From a virus, in IMG/VR virus record IMGVR_UViG_3300003635_000015, positions 1 through 33,565 of that record: DNA of 33,565 bases. One strand, given 5' to 3'. This document shows, piece after piece, positions 1 to 8,727 of the stretch. A program made the translations under genes and the position numbers. Under the pieces are notes generated by a model. That model was not told the DNA's origin. It was given only the letters and a program-made list of their open reading frames with translations, and made no database searches. Each line of letters opens with the position of its first letter. The stretch's first letter is position 1.

Positions 1-99
1 CCACGTTCGACGACGTGGCAGCGGGCGCCCTTAATACGTTCAAAACGGCGGCCGGGTCGGCGTTCGAAAGTATTATTTTCGACAGCGAAAGCGCCGAGG
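1..99. repeat. Left copy of the 99-bp exact end overlap
   Basis: Bases 1-99 are identical to 33467-33565 by direct comparison. Confidence 0.95.
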
Positions 100-782
100 A
101 CGCGGTTAAAAATTTCGCGGAATCGATGGGCCGTTCGATTATCAATGCCCTGGGCCAAATGGCGGCGGAATGGGCAGCTTATTACCTGGTGCAGTCGCTA
201 ATGGGTAAAACCGCCCAAACAGGCGCAGCACTAGCCATGACCGCCAACGCGGCAGCTACGTCGGTACAGGCTGGACTTGCGGCGTTTGCATCGACCGCAG
301 CAATACCGATTGTTGGCCCAGCATTAGCGCCTGGCGCAATGGCGGCAGCGATTGCGGCCACGTCGCCAATGGTTGCGGCTATTTCGGCCCTATCCTCGGC
401 AGCAGTTGCAGGTCGCGCCCTGGGCGGCCAGGTACGCGGCGGCGAGTCGTATATCGTCGGCGAACGCGGCCCCGAATTGCTAACAATGGGCGCCAGCAAT
501 GGTCGCATAACACCAAACGAAATGCTGCGCGGCCAGACCAGGTCGAAATCGCCCCAGGCAAACGGTAAAACCGAGCTAAACGTCCAGGTGCAAAATTACG
601 GGTCGTCGGAAATCGAGGTCCAGCGTATCAGCGAAACCGACGTGCGTATTATTGCGCGCGAGGTTGCAGCGCAAACCGTACGCGAGCAGGCGCCGGGCGT
701 CGTCGCGTCCGATATCAATAACCCGAACGGTCGCGTATCGAAATCGCTATCGAATAACGTGATCGCACAGCGGAGGCGCTAA
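1..782 (+). CDS. Tape measure protein, 3' part (continuation of the ORF starting at 31837, joined through the 99-bp end overlap)
   Basis: The frame is open from base 1 to TAA at 780-782. Base 1 equals base 33467, and the frame is continuous with 31837..33565 (33481-31837 is divisible by 3). It contains a long Ala/Gly-rich hydrophobic block (AALAMTANAAATSVQAGLAAFASTAAIPIVGPALAPGAMAAAIAA), typical of tape measure proteins, and lies directly upstream of the tail-tip genes. Confidence 0.85.
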   Translation, partial: TFDDVAAGALNTFKTAAGSAFESIIFDSESAEDAVKNFAESMGRSIINALGQMAAEWAAYYLVQSLMGKTAQTGAALAMTANAAATSVQAGLAAFASTAAIPIVGPALAPGAMAAAIAATSPMVAAISALSSAAVAGRALGGQVRGGESYIVGERGPELLTMGASNGRITPNEMLRGQTRSKSPQANGKTELNVQVQNYGSSEIEVQRISETDVRIIAREVAAQTVREQAPGVVASDINNPNGRVSKSLSNNVIAQRRR

Positions 783-784
783 CG

Positions 785-1270
785 ATGCCGACAAAATTTG
801 TCATACCACCAAACCAAAACAGCTACCGGGTAAAGGACGGCGAAACAACGATCGCCGTTAAACTGGACGGCGGCGCCTCGAGGTACCGTCGCGATATCCT
901 TAACGCGTATTTTATGATCGATTGCGAATGGCGATTAAGCCAGGATGATTACCAATATTTCCGGGCGTTTTACAGCACCGAAACGATAAACGGTTCCCTA
1001 CCATTCCTTATTGATCTAATTACCGATACAGCAGACCTTGTCGAGCACGAGGCCCAGTTTGTTCCGGATTCGATGCAGCTTTCCGTTTATAACGGTGGAT
1101 ATTTCACGATTCGAGCGCAGCTTGAGGTTAAGCCAGTTGCACGGGATACAACCCTCGACGCCGCCCTGGTAATGCTATTTACTCAATACGGCGGCGATTC
1201 TCAAATTATCGGCGCGTTTAATCAGCTTGAGCAGTTGGTTAACGTAGATTTTGCGGGGTCTTTCGCATGA
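785..1270 (+). CDS. Minor tail protein (lambda gpM / distal-tail position)
   Basis: The ATG is preceded by GGAGG about 9 nt upstream. It is the first gene after the tape measure and its stop overlaps the next start (ATGA). The function is inferred from position only. Confidence 0.55.
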   Translation: MPTKFVIPPNQNSYRVKDGETTIAVKLDGGASRYRRDILNAYFMIDCEWRLSQDDYQYFRAFYSTETINGSLPFLIDLITDTADLVEHEAQFVPDSMQLSVYNGGYFTIRAQLEVKPVARDTTLDAALVMLFTQYGGDSQIIGAFNQLEQLVNVDFAGSFA

Positions 1271-2103
1271 GCGCGTATACTGAATTTTTCCTAAACTCGC
1301 CCTCGAGCATTGTACAGCTTGAGCTTTTGATGATATCGCACCCGAGCTTTTCCCAGGATTTCTACCTAGTGCGGAATGCTACAAATGGCGTATCAGTTAG
1401 CGGCCTCGGTTTTGACGGTATAAATCTATTCGATCCAAACGATCCAGATTTTTTAACCGATTACTACGTGGCCCAGGATGGAACAACACAATACAATAAT
1501 TTATGGTCGGCGACCGGATTTATACCACTGGTTCCTGGCGCCACTTATCGCCGATCATCTTGGTCTGTTTTTTATGCCTATTATGACGAAAACAAAAATT
1601 TCATTGCAGAGTACGAGGGAACAACCGTAAGCGCCAGCGAGTTTACCGTACCGCCAGGCGTTACTTATGGCCGTTTCAGCATAAGGGACACCGGTTTAAG
1701 CGGATTCCGTATTGTAAGAGGAGCAGAGCTATTGCCCTGGCGCGCATTCGGCGAAGCAGATTTTCAGTATTATCCGTTAAAAATTTCCGGTATAGGGACC
1801 AGGGAAAACTTGGATTTCGGAATTCGTATCGACTTAGGCGACCTGGGCGAATTATTGCCAGATCAATTAGATAAAATATTTTCCGACGCAACGTTTGATA
1901 CTTTACCGACTGTAAAATACTGGACATACCGCAGCGACGACCTTACGACGCCGTTATACGGCCCTTTGGTACTCGAGGTTAAGAATGTAAACTTTACGCG
2001 CCTGGGCGCCACCCTAGACGCCAAAGCGCCGTCGTTAAACGTTAACCGGACCGGCGAACGATATAAAACGAGCAGGTTTCCAATGCTGCGCGGGTTTTTA
2101 TGA
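1267..2103 (+). CDS. Minor tail protein (gpL position, DUF1833-like ends) with an inserted beta-rich domain
   Basis: ATGA overlaps occur at both ends. The N-terminal IVQLELLMISHPSF and the C-terminal LVLEVKNVNF...NVNRTGERY segments resemble gpL/DUF1833-type tip proteins. The central part (about 1390-1750) has lower GC and is rich in Tyr, Phe and Asn. Confidence 0.5.
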   Translation: MSAYTEFFLNSPSSIVQLELLMISHPSFSQDFYLVRNATNGVSVSGLGFDGINLFDPNDPDFLTDYYVAQDGTTQYNNLWSATGFIPLVPGATYRRSSWSVFYAYYDENKNFIAEYEGTTVSASEFTVPPGVTYGRFSIRDTGLSGFRIVRGAELLPWRAFGEADFQYYPLKISGIGTRENLDFGIRIDLGDLGELLPDQLDKIFSDATFDTLPTVKYWTYRSDDLTTPLYGPLVLEVKNVNFTRLGATLDAKAPSLNVNRTGERYKTSRFPMLRGFL

Positions 2104-2462
2104 GTATCGACCAGTTTTTTAACCGCACGTATAATCGAAATACGTATAACTGCGCGCATTTTGTCGTTGAGGTTATCCACAGGCTAAAGGGCGTCGATAT
2201 CAGCGAAGCAATGCGCGGTTTTTTGATGCCACCAAAGGAAAGGACGGTGCGAGCGTCATTACGCCGATCGTTTGTTAAGTTGGAAAAGCCCGAAAATTAT
2301 TGCATTGTACTAATGCAACGGGCCAGGACGACGCCGCACGTCGGCGTTTATATTGATGGCAGAGTTTTACAAATTCACGAGCGAGGCGTCGAATACGTCG
2401 ATATTCAGCTTGCCAGCCGGGGATTTACTAAGGTGGGACTGTATAAATGCTTAAACAAATAA
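2100..2462 (+). CDS. NlpC/P60 (C40) family tail-tip peptidase, gpK-like
   Basis: It has a Cys motif (YNCAHFV) and a downstream His motif (PHVGVYIDGRVLQIHERG), the usual NlpC/P60 catalytic pair. It sits in the K position between the L-like and J-like genes. Confidence 0.75.
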   Translation: MSIDQFFNRTYNRNTYNCAHFVVEVIHRLKGVDISEAMRGFLMPPKERTVRASLRRSFVKLEKPENYCIVLMQRARTTPHVGVYIDGRVLQIHERGVEYVDIQLASRGFTKVGLYKCLNK

Positions 2463-5400
2463 TCGTCGCAGAAAACCCGCTCGACCCGGATTCGTGGGAA
2501 TCGCATTTTTCGGCAGATATTCGCGATTTCCTGGTCGATCGGTACGGCGATAAATTCCCGGATACCGCCAGGATTTACCACGGGCACGTTTCCGTCGATC
2601 ACGACGTAACACCGAGCGACGAACGCGGTATCGAGCGCCTGGGCGAGTTACAGGGGCCGTTTTACGTCGTGGTATACCCGCACGACCCGATTACAATTAT
2701 CGTCGCCGTCGTGGCGGTTGCGGCCGTCGCGGTGGCGGTTAGCCTGGCGCTAACGCCCCCGGTTCCGTCGCTACGTAACACGCAAAGCGAGTCGCCAAAT
2801 AACGAGCTTTCGGCTAGGGAAAACCGGGACAGGGTTGGCGGGCGTATACCGGAAATTTACGGGACCGTTACCTCGACCCCGGACCTTATCGCGGTGCCGT
2901 ATAAGGAATTTATCGACCACCAGGAAATCGAATACGCGTATATGTGTATCGGCCGAGGTACGTACCAGGTCGACGCCGACAGTATCCGCGACGGCGAAAC
3001 GATCCTAAGCGAAATCGCCGGGGCGTCCGTATCAGTTTATGGCCCTGGCACGTCGCCAAACAGCGGCACGCCGCAGCTTACCGTCGGTTCGGCGATCAAC
3101 GAACCTGTTTGGAAGGTCGTTCGATCGAACGCGGTAAACGGCCAGGAATTGCTCGCGCCGGACGCGTCGAATTTTACCGGGTTCTTTAATACGAAATTCG
3201 TATCGACGAACCAAATTACGACAACGGCAACGGGTATCGACTTTACCGAGCTATTCACGGCGGGCACCAGCCTGGTAATTACGAACGCGACGTATACCGA
3301 AATCGTAACGGCCGGGCAGACGGATACACCGACGGCGAAATTTACCGATTCCGGTACGATCGTTTATTCGAGCGGCAGCCCGTCCTTTTCGGCTGGCGAC
3401 GTGATTACAATTACCCAGGCAGTATTTTTAACCGAGCTGGATACCGTGCTCGACCTTAACGGCACGTATACGATTTCGTCGGTTACCTCGACCACGATTA
3501 CCCTATCCAGCCCGGCCAGCGTAAACTCGGATTGGAACGATATTACGGCGGGGTTCGCAGCGGGCGAAACATACGCCAAAGGCGTAACGATCGAAAGCGA
3601 GGGCGAAAGCCTTACCGTAAACCTGGCGGGCACGTACACGATTTCGAGCGTAACGGCGTCGAGCATTTATTTATCGTCGCCGTCGTCGGTAAATTCCGAC
3701 TGGAACGAGCTTACCAATTTCACCAATAACGAAACTGGCTTAACGTCGCCGACCATGTACTCGACCGGTATTGTATGGATCGGACCGTTTACCCTGGACG
3801 TCGACGACCTCGAGCAAATTTACGTTAACCTGGTGGCCCTTAACGGCTTGTATAAGGACGACGGCAAACAGCAGTATTCCTTTAATGTGCAAATCGAAAT
3901 CGAGGCAACACCGGTCGACGCAAACGGGAACCCGACAGGCAGCGCAGAAACGACGACCGGTACGGTAATCGGGTCCTCGAGTTCGCGCGGCACCAGGGCG
4001 CTAACGATTAAATTTAACCCGACTTTTACCGGGCGCTGCAAAGTACGCGCGCGTCGTATCACGAATTCGGATACGTCGTTCGAGGGTACCGTCGTCGACG
4101 AGGTAAAATGGCGCGACCTTTACGCCATGTCGCCAGTATCGGAAACCGATTTCGGCGACGTTACGACCGTGCATTCGCTTACGTACGCGACCGACGGCGC
4201 CTTGGCGCTGAAATCGCGCAAGCTAAATATGGACGTTACCCGGAAGCTACCGGCCAGGGTATCGGGCGATCAGTTTACGACCACCCTTTCGGCGACGAAT
4301 AGCGCGGCCGATATTATGTCGGCAATCGCCCTGGACCCCAAAATCGGCAATCGTAAAAAGTCGGAAATCGATTTCGACAGCATTTACGACACGGTCGCCG
4401 AGGTCGAGGCGTATTTCGGCACCAGCGAGGCGGGCGAGTTTAATTACACGTTCGACAGCGATAACTTTTCATTCGAGGAAACAATGGCCACGATCGCGAC
4501 GGCCATTTTTTGCACGGCGTACCGTCGCGGGAATGTGCTTAAACTATCGTTCGAGAAAGCGACGCAAAACTCGACCCTGCTATTTAACCACCGAAATAAA
4601 TTACCCGGCACCGAGGCGCGCACGGTCCAGTTTGGCGGAATGAACGAGCAGGACGGCGTCGAATACGAATACGTCGATTCGACCGACGGGTCGCTGGTTA
4701 CGCTTACGATCCCGTACGATACGCCACCGGATAACCCGCAAAAGGTCGAATCCGTCGGTATCCGTAATTACTCGCAAGCGTATTTCCAGGCGTGGCGGAT
4801 ATGGAACAAAATTCAATACCAGAACGTCCTTACCGATTTCGACGCGACCCAGGAATCCGATATCCTGGTGCTAAACGAGCGTATCCTGGTCGCGGATAAC
4901 ACCCGGACCGGAACCCAGGACGGCGAGGTATTGGCCCAGGATAACCTTACCCTTACGCTTTCCCAGGATATCGAGTTCGAGGCAGGCGAAACGTACACGA
5001 TATTTTTACAGCACGTCGACGGCACGATCGAGTCGATCGCGGTTACAGCGGGCAGCGCAGCAAACGAGGTTATCCTGGCGACGGCGCCAAAGGCAGCCCT
5101 TTCGCTGGATTCGGCCAATTATGCGCGCGCGACGTTTCAGGTTGTTAAGGACTCGAGCGACCGAGAGCAGGCGTTCCTTGTAACCGAGAAAACGCCCAGG
5201 GATAACTTTACTTCTGGCATTACGGCGGTAAATTATTCCGACCTTTATTATGCAAATGACAATATAACCCTTTATTTACCAATGGGTTTAAGCGCATATT
5301 CCGACAGGGGGCCTTATACCTGGTCCGTAATTCCAAAAAATGGCGCAGCAATTTACACCGACAGTATTCGCGGACAGGTTCACAGAGGCCAGGCAACGAT

Positions 5401-5845
5401 CGATTATTGCCAGATTGTTGATTTTGTTGCGCCAGCGTCGTACACAAAAGCAGCTTGGATATACAAGGATGACGACCTAACAAACGGTAACGTATTGTCG
5501 TCGAGTTCGGGAAATTATGAGGTTATGCAAGTAATGGATGACTCTAGCATACGATCAGGCCATTCCGGATCGTTTAACCAGGTAACGGCGGCGATACCTG
5601 GCGCGACGACATGGTTTCATGCTTGCGTTACTTATGACCAGGCCACCACAACGATGCGAATGTATATTAACGGCGCACTTTCCGACGAAAACACCTCGGT
5701 AGCACAACGCACACTTGGTGGGCTATCATTAGGGGCGTATGGTACTGGAAACGCAATGGTCGGCAGGCTTGACGATATACGCGTATTGAACCGTGCTATT
5801 GATGCGGCCGAAGTAAAGTCGCTATATAACAGCACGAAAGTATAA
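2447..5845 (+). CDS. Host-specificity / central tail fibre protein (gpJ-like) with a gpI-like N-terminal segment and a C-terminal LamG (concanavalin-like) domain
   Basis: It is a 1132-aa ORF in the J position. After a hydrophobic stretch (ITIIVAVVAVAAVAVAVSLAL) comes the J-type motif GGRIPEIYGTV. The C-terminus (WFHACVTYDQATTTMRMYINGAL...GRLDDIRVLNRAIDAAEVKSLY) is a typical Laminin_G_3 signature. Confidence 0.8.
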   Translation: MLKQIIVAENPLDPDSWESHFSADIRDFLVDRYGDKFPDTARIYHGHVSVDHDVTPSDERGIERLGELQGPFYVVVYPHDPITIIVAVVAVAAVAVAVSLALTPPVPSLRNTQSESPNNELSARENRDRVGGRIPEIYGTVTSTPDLIAVPYKEFIDHQEIEYAYMCIGRGTYQVDADSIRDGETILSEIAGASVSVYGPGTSPNSGTPQLTVGSAINEPVWKVVRSNAVNGQELLAPDASNFTGFFNTKFVSTNQITTTATGIDFTELFTAGTSLVITNATYTEIVTAGQTDTPTAKFTDSGTIVYSSGSPSFSAGDVITITQAVFLTELDTVLDLNGTYTISSVTSTTITLSSPASVNSDWNDITAGFAAGETYAKGVTIESEGESLTVNLAGTYTISSVTASSIYLSSPSSVNSDWNELTNFTNNETGLTSPTMYSTGIVWIGPFTLDVDDLEQIYVNLVALNGLYKDDGKQQYSFNVQIEIEATPVDANGNPTGSAETTTGTVIGSSSSRGTRALTIKFNPTFTGRCKVRARRITNSDTSFEGTVVDEVKWRDLYAMSPVSETDFGDVTTVHSLTYATDGALALKSRKLNMDVTRKLPARVSGDQFTTTLSATNSAADIMSAIALDPKIGNRKKSEIDFDSIYDTVAEVEAYFGTSEAGEFNYTFDSDNFSFEETMATIATAIFCTAYRRGNVLKLSFEKATQNSTLLFNHRNKLPGTEARTVQFGGMNEQDGVEYEYVDSTDGSLVTLTIPYDTPPDNPQKVESVGIRNYSQAYFQAWRIWNKIQYQNVLTDFDATQESDILVLNERILVADNTRTGTQDGEVLAQDNLTLTLSQDIEFEAGETYTIFLQHVDGTIESIAVTAGSAANEVILATAPKAALSLDSANYARATFQVVKDSSDREQAFLVTEKTPRDNFTSGITAVNYSDLYYANDNITLYLPMGLSAYSDRGPYTWSVIPKNGAAIYTDSIRGQVHRGQATIDYCQIVDFVAPASYTKAAWIYKDDDLTNGNVLSSSSGNYEVMQVMDDSSIRSGHSGSFNQVTAAIPGATTWFHACVTYDQATTTMRMYINGALSDENTSVAQRTLGGLSLGAYGTGNAMVGRLDDIRVLNRAIDAAEVKSLYNSTKV

Positions 5846-5874
5846 ACGGCACAAATTAACGAGGGGTTAAAGAC

Positions 5875-8727
5875 ATGGCTGTAATCACACAACAAGAGCT
5901 TGAGGACGCAGCAACGGATGCGAAATCGCTTGAAGATGTCGTTAACGGTTCAGATACTTTCGACGGTACTGGGATCGTTACGACTAGACTAGGACAATCG
6001 GTAAAAACATTATCCAAAGTAATTACCGACCTATCAAACGAGGACGTCGGAGCGTCGGCGGCGGCATTGATTAACCAAAAATTTATTGGCCTGGCGTCGC
6101 AGATTTTTATTGATGGTCGAGTATATTGGAATCCCTTAACCAGGACGATCAGCTTTCCGACCGTGGTTTCCAGAACGCGCGACGTTGGTACAAATACAAT
6201 TTACAGCCCAGCGACGACTTTTGATATTCAATTTTCGTCGTCAGGCAATAGCCTATTATATTTCGATATGGCGGTCGCGGCCGGATCAAATAATCCATTC
6301 GTGGCTGTAGAAAACACAGCGGTTCCATTGGACGAATATAAAATACCCGTCGCAGTGTATCGCGCGAATCGTATCATTCCGTTTATTGATATGGACCTCC
6401 AATTCTCAAACCGTCCAGGGCTTGAGATTCAGCACGTAAGCGCGTCGAAGCCAATTATTTACGTCGATAAAGACCATTACGGCGTAACAGTTGGCACCTG
6501 GATGATCCATAACTCATTTCGCTTTAGAAATAATGGGATAAGCACGTCCCTTGCTTTAGGTAATACGCTATCGACCGCAGTTGATCCGACAGGGCGTTTT
6601 TATTGGGCGGATTATTACGAGGTGGCCGGAGGTTTTGCATCAGCGAATAGCTTGTATGTTGATATTTCGGACAGCACAGCAAAATGCGTTACGTCGACGA
6701 CGGCAATTTCTGGCGATGCTGGCGGTTATGTTCCGTTGGCTATGTACAAAGACGGTACAATTTCGTCGTTAAATGGTTGCGAGGTTAAAAAAGTAAGCCA
6801 GGAAGTACGCGACGAGCCAGAAATATATTTCGCCGAGAGGACGGTATTAAATCCTCAAACTCATGTTATGAGCTTCAAAAAATCAGCTTGGAAAATACCG
6901 TCAAAACTTGGCGATGGCGTAAATATCAATACACCAGCGACAACGTACGATATAACGCTTTCACCATCAGGCGCCCAAGTGATCGTTTACGATACAACGG
7001 TCGCGGCGGGTTCAAATCCTTATGTCGTAAGGGATTTCGATACGAAATACGATTATGACGATACGCAAATCGTATTAGGTTATTACTGGCTGAAAACCCT
7101 TGTAAATGTAAAGCTGGGGAATGTTCAGCTAACGACAGAAGTCGACAGAAACGTCCAGCATTTAATCAGTAATTACCCGATTATTTTTATCAACGAGGGC
7201 GATACCTCGTTCGGAATTACGCCAGGCACAAACGGAACTTGGATGGTTCCGATAAATACGCGATATCGGTTTATTGGCGTCGACCTTATTTCAACAAACG
7301 ACGGGACGCCGAGCGCGGCCACCGATCCAACAGGAACGTACGACTGGTCGAATTATACTCAAGTTGATGTTGAGCATAACGCCGGTTCTACGCTGTACCT
7401 GGACCCTGGTGCAAACCTTGTTTACGAGGCGCCAAATAACGAGACAATTTCCGGCACTGGTTCAGGTTATGTACCAATGGCGACCCGTCACTATAGCAAT
7501 GGGGAGTTGCAAACCACTTGCGGAATTCGTGCGTTTTATGCAGGACAGGACCCGCTAACCTTGTTTACGCGGGTTTCGCAAAACGAGGCCGATATTGCAG
7601 CAAACGCCGAAGCAGTTTCGATTCCTGTATTGTTAAGCAATGGCGAGAAATTGCGAAAGTTTAATAAAAAATTATCAGTAATCAAAAACGGCGGCAGCGA
7701 AGTAATAAAAATTGCATCATGTTTTTGCGATAGTTGGTGGGATCGTAATTATTCCGGCGACGAATTATTGTCGAGGTTTAGCGACGATGGAATCGCGATG
7801 GGTAGTTCCGGTTATATATCGCTTAATCCACACTGGCCGCAATCAAACGGCGTAACGCTAAAAAATGGCGACGGAACAACCGATCCAGACGGCGGGGCGT
7901 ATCCCTGGGATGTCGACGACGGTTCAGACGGGGCCAGTTCTCAAGCATTATTGAGCGGTTCAGGAAATGCGTTAAGTACGATCGGAAATGATCAAACTTT
8001 GCTTATTTCAAATATTAAAGGTTCGTCGATATATCTTACTTACGAGGACCTAAACGGGATATTCGAGTATCAAATAAACGGCGGTTCCTGGACTACTGTA
8101 GTCGGCGGTTCGACAGGTAATGCAATTCGGTTGCAGATAGCTAGCGGCCTTTCCGGTTCGGCTAATACTGTGGGGGTTCGAACTACGTTAAACACCGGAA
8201 CAGTAAGATTGCTTGATATGTACGCAGACGGGCCAGATACAGGCGTACAATACAGTAAGATGGGCAACGGCAGCACAACGGCGGACGATGCAGTTTTGTG
8301 GCTTAATGCGATGAAGCGAGAGCTAACGGCGATGGATATCGACGTCGGGATTTTTGCTTATGGTGTTAACGACCAAAGGCAAGGAAAGGACCCAGCCACG
8401 TTTAAAACGTTAATGGAATCTCTTGTCGCTGGATTTTTCCAAGCGTTACCGGATGCGACGCTTTTGCTTGTTTGCCCGCCGCGATGCGTAAATGATGGGG
8501 ATTCAGGCACTAGCCCGATGCAGGATTTTGGCAGCGCATACCAAAGCGTTTATTATGACAACGACGCAGTGGAAATTGTGCGGCTTGATAAATTATGGGG
8601 CGACTATGCGATGGAAAGCGCGGACCCGTCCACGTTCGCCAGCGATGGCGCGCATTTAAATGTCGGAAATGGATATAAACGGTATATCGGTTCGTTTTAC
8701 GATCACATGATGAAAAGATATGCCTAA
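5875..8727 (+). CDS. Tail fibre / tailspike with a C-terminal SGNH (GDSL) esterase domain
   Basis: The RBS is GAGGGG. The N-terminus is fibre-anchor-like (ELEDAATDAKSLEDVVNG). There are two roughly 240-aa internal repeats. The SGNH blocks are CDSWW (block I Ser), YGVNDQ (block III) and SDGAHLN (block V, DxxH). Confidence 0.75.
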   Translation: MAVITQQELEDAATDAKSLEDVVNGSDTFDGTGIVTTRLGQSVKTLSKVITDLSNEDVGASAAALINQKFIGLASQIFIDGRVYWNPLTRTISFPTVVSRTRDVGTNTIYSPATTFDIQFSSSGNSLLYFDMAVAAGSNNPFVAVENTAVPLDEYKIPVAVYRANRIIPFIDMDLQFSNRPGLEIQHVSASKPIIYVDKDHYGVTVGTWMIHNSFRFRNNGISTSLALGNTLSTAVDPTGRFYWADYYEVAGGFASANSLYVDISDSTAKCVTSTTAISGDAGGYVPLAMYKDGTISSLNGCEVKKVSQEVRDEPEIYFAERTVLNPQTHVMSFKKSAWKIPSKLGDGVNINTPATTYDITLSPSGAQVIVYDTTVAAGSNPYVVRDFDTKYDYDDTQIVLGYYWLKTLVNVKLGNVQLTTEVDRNVQHLISNYPIIFINEGDTSFGITPGTNGTWMVPINTRYRFIGVDLISTNDGTPSAATDPTGTYDWSNYTQVDVEHNAGSTLYLDPGANLVYEAPNNETISGTGSGYVPMATRHYSNGELQTTCGIRAFYAGQDPLTLFTRVSQNEADIAANAEAVSIPVLLSNGEKLRKFNKKLSVIKNGGSEVIKIASCFCDSWWDRNYSGDELLSRFSDDGIAMGSSGYISLNPHWPQSNGVTLKNGDGTTDPDGGAYPWDVDDGSDGASSQALLSGSGNALSTIGNDQTLLISNIKGSSIYLTYEDLNGIFEYQINGGSWTTVVGGSTGNAIRLQIASGLSGSANTVGVRTTLNTGTVRLLDMYADGPDTGVQYSKMGNGSTTADDAVLWLNAMKRELTAMDIDVGIFAYGVNDQRQGKDPATFKTLMESLVAGFFQALPDATLLLVCPPRCVNDGDSGTSPMQDFGSAYQSVYYDNDAVEIVRLDKLWGDYAMESADPSTFASDGAHLNVGNGYKRYIGSFYDHMMKRYA

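Noticed and set aside
1-99. The 99-bp end repeat as a genuine direct terminal repeat marking the physical genome ends
   Set aside because: It lies inside the tape measure ORF and joins the two halves in frame. An assembly overlap of a circular or permuted genome is the simpler reading. Read-level data would settle it.
3455-3713. Repeat modules in the J-like protein as the template/variable regions of a diversity-generating retroelement
   Set aside because: The window has no reverse transcriptase gene. The differences between copies are not restricted to adenine positions, and both copies are in-frame parts of one protein.
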